IMG/VR virus record: IMGVR_UViG_3300021197_001180
Span: 768-64,767 of that record
DNA: 64,000 nucleotides
Origin: a virus
Lineage: Duplodnaviria; Caudoviricetes
Reading direction: 5' to 3' (one strand)
Positions 30,297 to 40,697 of this stretch are shown one piece after another. Both the position numbers and the translations under genes were made by a program. Position 1 is the first letter of the stretch. The number at the start of each line of letters is the position of its first letter. The notes beneath the pieces are model-generated. The model made no database searches and was not told the origin of the DNA. It saw only the letters and a program-made list of their open reading frames with translations.

Positions 30297-31382
30297 ATGG
30301 GATGGTTATCCAAAGCCTGGAAGGGCATAAAGAAAGCAGTAAAGAAAACAGCTAAGAGAATTAAGAACATAGCTAAGAAAGTAGTAACCTCACTACCTGG
30401 CGGTAAGAAGTTATGGAAGTTAGGAGGTAAGATAGGAACTAAAATACTAAAGGGGGTAGGGAAAGTAGTTAACAAACTAGGACCCGTAGGGATGATAGCG
30501 CTGAGTGTCCTCGCGCCCTATGCTGCTCCACTTTGGTCTGCCTTTGGTGCTGCTTCAGCGGCAGCTGGTGGTGTTATGGGATCTATAGGATCTGCTATAT
30601 ACACCGCAGGTAACTGGGTTGCTGGTACTTTAGGCTCTATGTCCCAAGGTATCTCAAAGGCTATAGGTACTATTGCTGAGGGAGGCTTAAGTGGTATAAT
30701 GGAAGGCTCTTTAAGTAAAGCTGCTGGTGAGGCAGTTAATGGATTTGCAAGTGCATTCTCTGGTGAAGCTGGTAAGGCTGCTGTAGAAGCAGGTGTTGCA
30801 TCGGCTACTGACTTTGCAATCAAGGAAGCTGCTGGTCAATCCTTATTCGATCAAACAGTTGGTAAGATGGCTGAGGATGTTGGCGGGGCTTTAGGTTTCG
30901 ACAACAGTCAAATTACTTTATCTGAAGCAGGAGCTACTCCTGTGGATGCCGCAGGTAATCCAATGGCATCTCAAGGACCTGAGCCTTTCCAGATTGAAGC
31001 AGTTAATGATCCACAGATAGCCGCAGGTCCAACGTCAGCAGCAGCAGATCAATCTACATTTGCTACTAAGCTAGATGATGCTACAAGACTTGGAGGTTCT
31101 ACAGGTATTAAGTCTGACATAGTTAAGAGTACTGTCTCAGGCACTAAGACTCCAGGAGAGAAGTTACAGGATGGCGCTAAGGATTTAGCTGAGGCTATGC
31201 TTAAACAGAACTCTGGTGGTATTCAACCTATCCAAGCTATAGGTGATGTAGGTGGTAACCGCTTCGGAGGTAACGCACAAGGCCAAGGTGGTGTAGGTGC
31301 TGGTGGTGGTAACTTCTTATCACAACAAATGCTAGCTGCTATGCAAGCACAAACACAACGTATGACAAGGGGGTTTGGTTAA
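30297..31382 (+). CDS. Ejection / DNA transfer protein
   Basis: Amphipathic MGWLSKAWKGIKK N-terminus; Gly/Ala-rich hydrophobic stretch. Confidence 0.7.
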   Translation: MGWLSKAWKGIKKAVKKTAKRIKNIAKKVVTSLPGGKKLWKLGGKIGTKILKGVGKVVNKLGPVGMIALSVLAPYAAPLWSAFGAASAAAGGVMGSIGSAIYTAGNWVAGTLGSMSQGISKAIGTIAEGGLSGIMEGSLSKAAGEAVNGFASAFSGEAGKAAVEAGVASATDFAIKEAAGQSLFDQTVGKMAEDVGGALGFDNSQITLSEAGATPVDAAGNPMASQGPEPFQIEAVNDPQIAAGPTSAAADQSTFATKLDDATRLGGSTGIKSDIVKSTVSGTKTPGEKLQDGAKDLAEAMLKQNSGGIQPIQAIGDVGGNRFGGNAQGQGGVGAGGGNFLSQQMLAAMQAQTQRMTRGFG

Positions 31383-31383
31383 T

Positions 31384-31890
31384 ATGTCAGATTTTACAGA
31401 TGCACAAGGGGCTCAGATGTTAGATGGGCCTATCCCTGGAGAGTCTTTAACTCAAGATCCTGAGAACCCTCAGCCTTGGGAGACTCCTCCTGAGTATACA
31501 AACTTACAACCATTCATTGATGACTTGTTTATGAATGTAACACAGGAAGATAATATTGATGGTGTACTTGATCCAATGAGGAAGGGTGTACCTTTAGAGG
31601 ACATAGCTCATATGTTATTGTTTCAAGCAATGGCTTCAGGTAAGATTAATACAGACTTAATGTTATCAGCTATCGAACCTACGGTATACATGATGACTGG
31701 TTTAGCTACGTTTGCTGAAGTGGAAGATCCTGTTCTGTATCCTGAGGATGATATGATTACTGATGAAGAGGATGAGATATCAGCACTTGAGAAAGCAGCT
31801 GAAGGTGGGGAAGTATCCATAGATACATTACCAGTTCCTAAAGGAGTCTCAAAGTCTTTAGTCCAGAAACTTAAAGAAGGAGATATATAA
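31384..31890 (+). CDS. Conserved acidic virion-region protein
   Basis: PIPGESLT...PWETPP motif. Confidence 0.7.
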   Translation: MSDFTDAQGAQMLDGPIPGESLTQDPENPQPWETPPEYTNLQPFIDDLFMNVTQEDNIDGVLDPMRKGVPLEDIAHMLLFQAMASGKINTDLMLSAIEPTVYMMTGLATFAEVEDPVLYPEDDMITDEEDEISALEKAAEGGEVSIDTLPVPKGVSKSLVQKLKEGDI

Positions 31891-33287
31891 TGGCTATCAG
31901 TTGGGCACAAGGTCTCCTAGCAGGGGCTGCCGGAGTAGCTGAATACTCTGAACAAGAGAGACAACGTAGACAGCAAAGGATTGATAAGACTAATGACTTA
32001 AAGAATCAGATGAGGTCTTTACAGGCCAAGTCTAGATATGCTGGTAAGATTAAACGATATGAAGATAACCGTAGTCAACTACAAGCCCTTGAAGGCATAG
32101 AGGCTGGTGGTTATCATGAGCAAATGTCTTTGTTTAAGGGACAAGGTTATAGTACTGAGGCAGCCTCTAGAGCTGCAATGCTTGTAGGTAATGGTAAACT
32201 CACAGCCCTTAAGCGTCCCACAGCTCTAAAGGAACCAGAGTTCTTAATGCCTTCAATAGCTGAAGGGCAGGCTAGATCTCCTATTGGTGATTGGGCTGCT
32301 AATTTCTCTAAGAGCTTTAGGGCTGCGGAGCAACCTGATATTCAACCTACTGGTGAAGCTGCTGCAAGACCTGAGGATCAGATAGAAGGTGATGTAGATC
32401 CTACAAGTACAGAGTTTGAGCCTGGAGTTAATCCAAGTCCCGAAGAGTTTGGACAAGGTGAGGAACTATCATTAGATTCTGCCGATGCTCTTAAACCTGT
32501 TGGGGCATTCCCTGACCAGGACCCCTTTGCTAAACCTGCTGAGATGCTTATCACTAAACAGGAATCAGTGGAAGGTGGACGTGGTGGTACTAGGATCTCA
32601 TTCACAGATCCTGTAACTAAAGAGACTACCCATACATTCGTACCTTCAGGAATTACAGGTCTTAAAGAGATCTCTCCTATTACGAAGACTAATCAGGATG
32701 GTTCACAAACTATTACTGAAAGGGTATTCAACCCTGAGACTGATGAAGTATATAATACTAATGTATATGCTACTAAATCCTCAGACCCTGAAGCCCCTAT
32801 CACCCCTGTGAAGTTTACTACTATCTCTACTTACTTAGATAAAGGTAAAGATAATAAACCACAAGGTCAATTCTACGCTGACTTCCCTGAGACTGAAAGG
32901 GAACAATGGGAGGAGGCTGATCAAGGTGAAGGATTCTTTAGTATCGCAGGTAATGAAACACCTGAAGGTTTTGAGAATGCTATGGCTGGTGCAATGTTAG
33001 AAGCACAACAACAAGGTCATCGATATCTTAAAGGTAAGCATATGAAACCAGCAGTACTTGCAGATCTTAAGCAAGCATGGAAAGCTCAATCTTATCTTAA
33101 AGTCTTAGGTGTTGAAGGTGTTGTTAGATGGATAGAGGATGGTGCTTTAGATAAGGAACTATTCTATGGTAGGAATACTAATAGACTACGCGAAGCTAAG
33201 CAAGTACATCAACGCTTAGGTATCACTAAGTTAAGTGATCCTGAACAATTCGATAAACTATTAGCTACACCAACATTCAGTTTTTAA
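31890..33287 (+). CDS. Internal virion protein
   Basis: Position and N-terminal amphipathic segment. Confidence 0.65.
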   Translation: MAISWAQGLLAGAAGVAEYSEQERQRRQQRIDKTNDLKNQMRSLQAKSRYAGKIKRYEDNRSQLQALEGIEAGGYHEQMSLFKGQGYSTEAASRAAMLVGNGKLTALKRPTALKEPEFLMPSIAEGQARSPIGDWAANFSKSFRAAEQPDIQPTGEAAARPEDQIEGDVDPTSTEFEPGVNPSPEEFGQGEELSLDSADALKPVGAFPDQDPFAKPAEMLITKQESVEGGRGGTRISFTDPVTKETTHTFVPSGITGLKEISPITKTNQDGSQTITERVFNPETDEVYNTNVYATKSSDPEAPITPVKFTTISTYLDKGKDNKPQGQFYADFPETEREQWEEADQGEGFFSIAGNETPEGFENAMAGAMLEAQQQGHRYLKGKHMKPAVLADLKQAWKAQSYLKVLGVEGVVRWIEDGALDKELFYGRNTNRLREAKQVHQRLGITKLSDPEQFDKLLATPTFSF

Positions 33288-33303
33288 ATTATAAGGAGGG
33301 CCA

Positions 33304-36300
33304 ATGGCTAATGATCTACTAAAGGAGCAGGAAGAGTTAAAGAAACAGAAACAAGTAGGAGGTGTACTGTTAAGTTCATTGCCCTCCAATGAGCCATTAT
33401 CCGATGAACCTTTTAATATAGTAGAGGATGTTTACTTAAACGAAGGGGAACCTGAGCAATCCATACAGTCTATGTATGACCAACCTGAAGACCCTGACGA
33501 TGGTATAGTTTCTATGTATGATCTACCTGAAGATTCAGAGGTTGATGGTGGTGTTCAAGATATGTATGATATTGCAGGGGATGACAATCCTTATGCTATC
33601 GCTGTTGAAGAACAAGATGCAAGGAATGAAGAGCTAGATCCTGATGCTGTATGGGAACCTAAATCATTTGCTCAATTCAAACGTGAGGAATCTGAGAAAC
33701 CTTTTGAGATTGATTGGCTTGGAGCTAAGGATAATAGTTTCGTAGTACATGCCTCCGAGTGGATACATCAGAAGTTTGATGAAGACTATGTACCTGAGAA
33801 TTCTATTGAGGGTAGGATGGCTGCTGTTGATGAGATTAACTTAACCTTATCTCAATTAGGTAATGTTAAACTTACAGACTATGAAGGCATTAGGAAAGCT
33901 AAAGCCTTATGGAACCAAAGGTATAAACTACAACTACAGAACCAAATGGATCAAGCGATGATAGATTCTGAGCTACCTTCATTCTCTGAGTTTATTGATA
34001 TGGTTAAGGAAGACCCAGTGACCTTTGGTAAACAGATGGTACAAGAGATTGTCAATAAGCCTGAGTTAATATTCCTCCCTCAGTTTGCTGCCGCTAGGGC
34101 GGGGACTGCTGCTGTCAGTGCCGCAAGAGCTGTAGGTGCTGGAGCTAAGGTTACTCAAGTAGCCAAGGTAGTAGGGGCAGGTACTGGTGCTTATGCAGGT
34201 GGTGTTACCTTAGGGACTTTAGATAGGATAGCTACTCAGTCTACTAAGACTGGAGAAGTAGATGCAGCCAGAGCCTTTGAGCAATCACAGGTAGATGGAT
34301 TACTTGGTGTTGTTACTACTGCTACAGGTGCTGCGGCTACTCGTGGTCTTTCTAGGGCTAGTACTTATGCTGCGGCTAGGGCTGAAGCAAGAGCTTTTGG
34401 TGCTGAAACTGCAAGATCCTCTGAGGTGAACTTAGATGTTGCTAGAGATAGAACCATATTAGATGTAGCTGTCAAGGATGAAACTACAGAGACATACGTA
34501 GACATCAATGGTAATGCTTATACCTTTGAGGTCCGTGAGTCTCAAGGTACTATGGATTTAACTGAAAGAGTTGAACGTCTTAAAGAGATGAAAGAAAGAT
34601 ACTTAGATGACGAAGATGCTATGAAGGTTATCCAAGAAGAGATTGATATCAAACAGAATGAACTAGAGGTTGCTCAGTTCCGAGGTAGTGATGTAACTAA
34701 GATAGTATCTGAGATGGAATCCTTAACAGATAAAGGTTCTAAGTTAGATACTAAAGCAAACATAGCAACTAAGTGGGCTGAAGCTCAGAACAGGAATCCT
34801 GTAATCACCCAGAACTTTATGAAGTTTCAAGATGCTGATGGTGTTGAACATACACTACGTAGACTTACCCCTGAGTTATTAAAGGAAGGTAACGTTAGGG
34901 TTCAAGGTATATCTAGTATTGATTTAACTGGTACTAAGAATCTTACTGAAGCTAATAATAAGTTCATGCATGCTTTTAAAGACTATGCTATTAGTGCTAC
35001 ATCAAGCTTACAACGAGTAGCTGATAGATCTCCAAGTGCTAAGTTACTTATAGATACTGTAGATCCTAGGTCAGGTACACGAGGTAGAGCGCCTATTGAA
35101 ACCATACAAGAGAGAACACATTATAAACAAGGTGAGTACTCTGTTATATCTAACGACCTAGCGAACCTAGTGAAAGGTAAAGAGGAACAACTCAAGAAGC
35201 ATATGCGAGGAGTTGAAGAGTCTGAAGACCCTACAGTCCTTGCAGCCGCTCAAGGTTATCGTGACTTATTAGATAGTGCTAGGGACTATGCTAAATCTAA
35301 TGGCCTTAAGGTTGATGAAGCTAAAGATTTCTTACCAAGATATTATGATCGTAAGAAACTTAAGACTCCTGAACAACAGTTTGAACTAGCCGCTCGGGTT
35401 AATTCAATTACTAATAAGGAAGGTGTACCTAAGCATGACCTAGAGCAAGCTCAAAGATCTGCAAGGGATATAGCTCTTAATATAAATAAAGAGTCTGATG
35501 AGTCTGGTAGATTTATTAAAGGAGGTAAACCACAACCTGTAGGTCACAGGAAGTGGAAGGATGTTCCTGATGCAATGCTTGATGATTTCTTGGATGATAA
35601 CTTCATTGGTTCTATTGATAGGTACTTAATGAACAATGCTAAGAGGACTGAGTTAGATGCAGTGTTTGGTTACAATGGTAAGAACTTAGATAAATGGATT
35701 GATGATATCGAGAAGGAAGTTGAAGGGACTGGAAGGTTCTTAGAGGAAAGGGAAAGGACTTCTATCCAAGATATCTATAAGTTATTAGATGGAACCTATG
35801 GAGGTACTGCTCAATTTAAAGGAGTTACTGATACTATCATTGGTGCAGAGAATGCCTTGAAGCTTCCTTTAGTTACCATAACGTCAGCCTTAGAACCTAT
35901 GACTATGTTATTCAGGTTGAATGAAGGTACTGGTTTACAGGGGATTGCTAATTCCTTTGGTGGTACTACCGCACGGAAACTCTTTGGTTCTATGACACTG
36001 AAAGAAGTACAACGTGAAGCTAGAGAGGTAGGACTTATTAATGAGGCTGCTGTTAAAGAAAGGATAGAAGCTATGGTAGGTGAAGGACTTGAAGGTCTCC
36101 CTGCTAAAGTGAATAATAGTGTTATGAAAGCTTTTGGTTTACATCAATGGACTGAACACACACGTGCTGTGGTCTATGAGGCTTCGAGGAATGATTTGAT
36201 TAGATCTATTAAAGGTCTTAATAAGAATCCAGAAGGTAAGTCTGCTAAATCCAGAAGGAGGTGGTTAGCTGAGAATAACATTGATCCTGACTTAGCGGTT

Positions 36301-36867
36301 AAATGGTTGAATGAAGGAGCTGAAGTATCTGATCCTTTCTATACATCTGTTAAACGTGGAGCTGCTAGGATGGCTAACACTATGATTGCTAATCCTGATA
36401 AGGTTAATAAGGCTAAGTTATTATCTAGTAACCGTTCGGCCTTAAGACTTGCAGGTCAATTCAAATCCTTTACTTCTACTTATTCTAATCAGGTAATGAA
36501 ACCTACATTAGATGAGACTGTGAAGTTATGGAATGAAGGGAATCATGGTAAGGCAATGAGGAAGATGTCAACTATGTTTGCTGTGGTAGGTTCTATGGCT
36601 TACTGGACTACATATAAGACACCCTTGATTATGGGAGAAGGAGCAACTGGAGATGATACACCGGAAGAGATAACCCAAAGAATGGTAATGGGTATGTCAG
36701 GTATGTTAATCCCTGGAGCTGCTATGGCTGCACCACTGTATGGCGGTCAAGGTATAGACAGAGCCTTAGGTCCTGCATTCTCAGATCTTAATAATATTGT
36801 TAAAGGTAATAGTCCTAAACTATTAGCCCCTACATATGTGAAAGCAGTAGAGGTATTACAAGAGTAA
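33304..36867 (+). CDS. Large internal virion (ejection) protein, 1187 aa
   Basis: FLPRYYD, QFKSF motifs typical of large podovirus internal proteins; Ala/Gly-rich hydrophobic segment. Confidence 0.75.
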   Translation: MANDLLKEQEELKKQKQVGGVLLSSLPSNEPLSDEPFNIVEDVYLNEGEPEQSIQSMYDQPEDPDDGIVSMYDLPEDSEVDGGVQDMYDIAGDDNPYAIAVEEQDARNEELDPDAVWEPKSFAQFKREESEKPFEIDWLGAKDNSFVVHASEWIHQKFDEDYVPENSIEGRMAAVDEINLTLSQLGNVKLTDYEGIRKAKALWNQRYKLQLQNQMDQAMIDSELPSFSEFIDMVKEDPVTFGKQMVQEIVNKPELIFLPQFAAARAGTAAVSAARAVGAGAKVTQVAKVVGAGTGAYAGGVTLGTLDRIATQSTKTGEVDAARAFEQSQVDGLLGVVTTATGAAATRGLSRASTYAAARAEARAFGAETARSSEVNLDVARDRTILDVAVKDETTETYVDINGNAYTFEVRESQGTMDLTERVERLKEMKERYLDDEDAMKVIQEEIDIKQNELEVAQFRGSDVTKIVSEMESLTDKGSKLDTKANIATKWAEAQNRNPVITQNFMKFQDADGVEHTLRRLTPELLKEGNVRVQGISSIDLTGTKNLTEANNKFMHAFKDYAISATSSLQRVADRSPSAKLLIDTVDPRSGTRGRAPIETIQERTHYKQGEYSVISNDLANLVKGKEEQLKKHMRGVEESEDPTVLAAAQGYRDLLDSARDYAKSNGLKVDEAKDFLPRYYDRKKLKTPEQQFELAARVNSITNKEGVPKHDLEQAQRSARDIALNINKESDESGRFIKGGKPQPVGHRKWKDVPDAMLDDFLDDNFIGSIDRYLMNNAKRTELDAVFGYNGKNLDKWIDDIEKEVEGTGRFLEERERTSIQDIYKLLDGTYGGTAQFKGVTDTIIGAENALKLPLVTITSALEPMTMLFRLNEGTGLQGIANSFGGTTARKLFGSMTLKEVQREAREVGLINEAAVKERIEAMVGEGLEGLPAKVNNSVMKAFGLHQWTEHTRAVVYEASRNDLIRSIKGLNKNPEGKSAKSRRRWLAENNIDPDLAVKWLNEGAEVSDPFYTSVKRGAARMANTMIANPDKVNKAKLLSSNRSALRLAGQFKSFTSTYSNQVMKPTLDETVKLWNEGNHGKAMRKMSTMFAVVGSMAYWTTYKTPLIMGEGATGDDTPEEITQRMVMGMSGMLIPGAAMAAPLYGGQGIDRALGPAFSDLNNIVKGNSPKLLAPTYVKAVEVLQE

Positions 36868-36870
36868 CTG

Positions 36871-36905
36871 AAAGCCCTTAGGTCTCATAGACTTAGGGGC
36901 TTTTG
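36871..36905 (+). terminator. Rho-independent terminator
   Basis: AAAGCCCTTAGGTCT-CAT-AGACTTAGGGGC-TTTT. Confidence 0.8.
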
Positions 36906-36980
36906 TGTTTTTAATTCCTGAACTTCTTAGTAACTAAATGGTCTACCTTATAAGTTCAATCAACTACTAAGGAGGATATT

Positions 36981-37295
36981 ATTTCATTAGCATATACCAA
37001 AGAGTTCATTGCCACCTCCGAGTCCCAAATGATTTTAGGGAAGGATGGTAACAGGACTGAACTTACAGTGTTTAATACATCTGACACTGAATTCCTATTC
37101 ATAGGACTAGGGAATGAATTAGATGTATTTACAGCAACCAATACATTACCGCTGGCACCAGGGGAAGCTTACGATGCGTCCATAGTTCCCCTCAATGCGG
37201 TATTCTTAATGACCAACGGCCCTGATGTACCTACAATAGTTTACTATGCATCAAGGAGCCCAGCCTACGTAAGAGGGTTACTATCTAATGGATAA
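36981..37295 (+). CDS. Small beta-rich structural protein; proposed ATT start
   Basis: AAGGAGG SD before in-frame ATT 36981; ATG 37029 lacks an SD. Confidence 0.6.
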   Translation: MSLAYTKEFIATSESQMILGKDGNRTELTVFNTSDTEFLFIGLGNELDVFTATNTLPLAPGEAYDASIVPLNAVFLMTNGPDVPTIVYYASRSPAYVRGLLSNG

Positions 37296-38469
37296 ATTAA
37301 CTAGATGGAAGGGTGGATTAAAAGGAGGTAACCGAAGAGAGTCTGATATGACTGATAGTTATTTCAACTCTGGTTATGGTATCAAGGCATTAGATAATAT
37401 ACATGACCAAGTAGATACCTTAGAATGGTCTATCGCTGCAAACCCAGGGGATCATGCGTTGGATACTCTAAGGAAGGAACAGGATACTATCTTTAAGTCT
37501 AAAGCGTTGGTGGAGGATTCAATCCATACTGATCTATTTGTAACACAGGTAATAGGAGGGGGTTTATACACTCAAACAGAGACTGGTGATGGGGTCTTGA
37601 GTAACTTCAGACAATCATTAATCAGTACCGCTAGATCCACTAATGATATAGAAATAGGTAATGCTGACTCAGGCTTAAGTATTATCTATGATGAAGACAG
37701 TAACTTTAATTTCCTTAGGGTTGTAGGTGATATAGAACCAGGCCCAACTCTTCTAGGCGATGGTAATGATATATTTACATCTACTGACTGGAGTGTTACA
37801 TTTGATGTACCTGAGCCTGACTTAATGTTCTATGGCTTACGTTTAAATTTCTTTACTGAAGGTGTCCCTTTTAGACTTAAATACTTAACCCCCGGAGGTA
37901 AAGTATTCTTAGAGACAACTACAGATAGAGAGTGGGAATCATCTTCCGTACCTGAGGGAGTTAATATAACACAGTTAGGTGATACCTTTATTAATTATGC
38001 CACACCTTTTCACTTACCTACAGGTGTACAAGCTCAGATACAGTTACAATTTAAAAGTCCTGTAGATATTAGAGGACTCTTCATAAGGGATGAGAATGAT
38101 GATTTTGTTCCTGGTCCTCATGATGGTAAACTCTTCTTCGCTAGGGGTAGGGCTTTAATTAGAAACGTAGAGAAGTCTGACTTCAGAGAAATAATAACTG
38201 CTACACGTGATTCTTTATTTTGCTACGAGAATGCTGCAAGACATGATGCTACTCCTCATAGTATCCACTCAGAGAATGGGGCTATAATAGTTAATGAGGA
38301 TTGTGAGTATATAGAATGGTTCAATCCCTTGGGAACCTTAAGTACCAAGGATAAATTATGTAATTACGAATGGGCTATAAGAGACTTAGCATCTCCAGGT
38401 TCCATTCATTCAGAAGATTATTGCATTATCTTAACTCAGGATAATGAATATATAGAATGGCTACCATAA
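37288..38469 (+). CDS. Hypothetical virion-associated protein
   Basis: Duplicated C-terminal SIHSE...II...D.EYIEW motif. Confidence 0.65.
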   Translation: MDKLTRWKGGLKGGNRRESDMTDSYFNSGYGIKALDNIHDQVDTLEWSIAANPGDHALDTLRKEQDTIFKSKALVEDSIHTDLFVTQVIGGGLYTQTETGDGVLSNFRQSLISTARSTNDIEIGNADSGLSIIYDEDSNFNFLRVVGDIEPGPTLLGDGNDIFTSTDWSVTFDVPEPDLMFYGLRLNFFTEGVPFRLKYLTPGGKVFLETTTDREWESSSVPEGVNITQLGDTFINYATPFHLPTGVQAQIQLQFKSPVDIRGLFIRDENDDFVPGPHDGKLFFARGRALIRNVEKSDFREIITATRDSLFCYENAARHDATPHSIHSENGAIIVNEDCEYIEWFNPLGTLSTKDKLCNYEWAIRDLASPGSIHSEDYCIILTQDNEYIEWLP

Positions 38470-38481
38470 GAGGAGACAACA

Positions 38482-39321
38482 ATGAGTGATAAAGTACAAG
38501 GGATTAAGGCTACTCCTATTGGAGCTGACAGGCTTATAATCCGAGACACAGAAGATTCAGATAAATTAAAAGAGGCTACATTGGCAGCAATCACAGAGGG
38601 TGTACTTCATACCGATGTAGATAATGAAATAGCCTTGATGGATAGTAAACCAGCACCTAATGCTAACGATTATGTAGTAATAGAGGATAGTGAAGACTCA
38701 TTCTCTAAGAAGAAGATACCTTTAAGCACCTTAGGAGGCGGAGGTGGTGGGATACCTGATGCCCCTGTAGACACCAAGGTTTATGCAAGGCAGGATGGAG
38801 CTTGGGTAGATCCTAGTGTTAATTTGGTAACTACCAGAGTAATATGGGAACCTGCTCTCCCTCCACAGACCCAGCTATGTTTAGTTAATGATGTATCTCA
38901 GGTGATCACATACACAGAAGTTACTCTAGCAGATCCTAAAGTATCCATAGATTTAGGATTAGGTGAGATTACTATACTAGAAGATTTAATACATATGGAT
39001 TTATCTGTAGATCTACAGATCATTAGGGAGAATGAATCACAAGGGAGTTACCTATGGGGCGCAGGGGCTGAGGTATGGGATGGCTTAGCGTGGATTCCTT
39101 ATCCTGATTCAACTAGATATTTTGCCTTCAACCGACAGATAGCAGATGACATAAGACACTTAAGTTTCTCTATATCTTTCAACTCAATCGCCGCTAATAC
39201 TAAGTTTAGATTAGTTCAAATATGTGATGATGTAGCACAGGACATAGGCCTAATTAGCGATAAGCCCTTCACTACTATGCCGCAGAGTGCAGGTATAATA
39301 CTTAATATTAATACACGATAA
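38482..39321 (+). CDS. Trimeric fibre/whisker-like protein with fibritin foldon-like motif
   Basis: GIPDAPVDTKVYARQDGAWV resembles T4 fibritin foldon [21 protein letters not shown]. Confidence 0.7.
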   Translation: MSDKVQGIKATPIGADRLIIRDTEDSDKLKEATLAAITEGVLHTDVDNEIALMDSKPAPNANDYVVIEDSEDSFSKKKIPLSTLGGGGGGIPDAPVDTKVYARQDGAWVDPSVNLVTTRVIWEPALPPQTQLCLVNDVSQVITYTEVTLADPKVSIDLGLGEITILEDLIHMDLSVDLQIIRENESQGSYLWGAGAEVWDGLAWIPYPDSTRYFAFNRQIADDIRHLSFSISFNSIAANTKFRLVQICDDVAQDIGLISDKPFTTMPQSAGIILNINTR

Positions 39322-39333
39322 GGAGAAACAACA

Positions 39334-39909
39334 ATGGCAAACTTCACAAATTTCACAAAGCTACAACTGATTGTAGAAAGGACACCCACAGGTGATGACG
39401 GAGAGTTAGGTGGTGACTTAGTAGAGACTATCACCTTTACTGGTACGGCTACAGCTTCAGGTACTTTCACTGTCCTGGGGCAAGGTACTGCTATTACTAT
39501 AGGCGATACCTCCGATGTTGTAGCTGGTTTAGTCGCTACTACACTTGATGGTTTAGTAGGGGTTACAGCTGTGGCCGTAGGTAGTGTAGTAACAGCAACT
39601 TATACTTCCTTAGCTACAGACCCTGTAGTCACCACACCTGTAGTCAACCTCGGTGTTACTGCTGTGATAGTCGAAGAGGATAACCGAGATGGTATCCCAT
39701 TTACTATGAAACATTCAGAGTATGAGGATTCAGAGACTGGCTTACAATTAGCAACAGAAGCTATGTATACTTTAGTAGCCGCTAGTCCAGAGTCTGACTC
39801 AATCCAAATGCAAAGGATTAAATTATCTGATAGTGATGCAGTCTTAGTTACTGATGATATCACTCTCCAAGTTCTAGGTAAGAACTATAGCCCATATACA
39901 GTAGTATAG
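39334..39909 (+). CDS. Putative structural protein
   Basis: Thr/Val/Ala-rich beta domain; AAGGAG SD. Confidence 0.6.
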   Translation: MANFTNFTKLQLIVERTPTGDDGELGGDLVETITFTGTATASGTFTVLGQGTAITIGDTSDVVAGLVATTLDGLVGVTAVAVGSVVTATYTSLATDPVVTTPVVNLGVTAVIVEEDNRDGIPFTMKHSEYEDSETGLQLATEAMYTLVAASPESDSIQMQRIKLSDSDAVLVTDDITLQVLGKNYSPYTVV

Positions 39910-40032
39910 TACTCACCAATCTCCAGCACCGTTAAAGCAAACTGTAAGCGAGACCTCACGCCCTTGGGGTCTTATAGTCCCTTAGCCCAAGGGTAACCAA
40001 ATGGTGTTCGAGATAGAGGAGGTACTCCAACA

Positions 40033-40260
40033 ATGGAGAATAAAATGAGAGAAGATATAAGTGAATTGAAAGTAACACAAGCGCTGTTAGTTCAGAAGCA
40101 AGACCAGACTGATAAGGTAATAGAGAAACTAGGAAGTACATTAAGTTCTTTAGATTCCAAAGTAACTAAGGGATTCTATATAGCTCTAGGTGTTATCTTA
40201 ATGGCCTCAGGGTCTATAACAGATATAGCTAAGATAGCAGTTAAATTTATAGGAGGTTAA
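40033..40260 (+). CDS. Coiled-coil plus TM protein (holin / XhlA-like)
   Basis: Heptad region then C-terminal TM; adjacent to holin. Confidence 0.6.
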   Translation: MENKMREDISELKVTQALLVQKQDQTDKVIEKLGSTLSSLDSKVTKGFYIALGVILMASGSITDIAKIAVKFIGG

Positions 40261-40261
40261 G

Positions 40262-40645
40262 ATGGGATGGTTTAGTCCAGATCTTAAAGAACCTATAGAA
40301 GCTGTGGGTGGTATACTTGATGATTTATTTACCTCGGATGAGGAAGAGTTAAACATTGAAGTTATTAAACAGAGGTTAGCTCAGAAGCCTTCAATGGCTC
40401 AAGCTAAGATTAATGAAGTGTCAGCACAACATCGGAGTGTGTTTGTAGCAGGTGCTAGACCATTCCTCTTGTGGGTATGTGGCTTAGGTTATGCCTTTGC
40501 ATTCTTAGCAAACCCTGTAATCCAATGGGTAACAGGTGTTCCTGGTCCTGTACTTCCTATGGAAGCTATGGGTTCATTGACTATGGGTATGTTAGGTTTA
40601 GCAGGACTACGTACAGCGGAGAAGATGAAAGGAGTATCTAAATAA
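40262..40645 (+). CDS. 3TM holin family protein
   Basis: DDLFTSDEE, FVAGARPF..WVCG, GMLGLAGLRTAEK motifs. Confidence 0.8.
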   Translation: MGWFSPDLKEPIEAVGGILDDLFTSDEEELNIEVIKQRLAQKPSMAQAKINEVSAQHRSVFVAGARPFLLWVCGLGYAFAFLANPVIQWVTGVPGPVLPMEAMGSLTMGMLGLAGLRTAEKMKGVSK

Positions 40646-40653
40646 CAGACAGC

Positions 40654-40697
40654 AAAAAGCCCCTAAGGTCTTAAAGATCCTAGGGGCTTTATTGTTT
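40654..40697. terminator. Bidirectional terminator between convergent arms
   Basis: AAAAAGCCCCTAAGGTCT...AGATCCTAGGGGCTTT with A/T tracts on both sides. Confidence 0.85.

Noticed and set aside
11894-39863. Minus-strand ORFs inside the late arm and plus-strand ORFs inside the early and middle arms
   Set aside because: Antisense shadows of well-supported genes, without SD or motifs.
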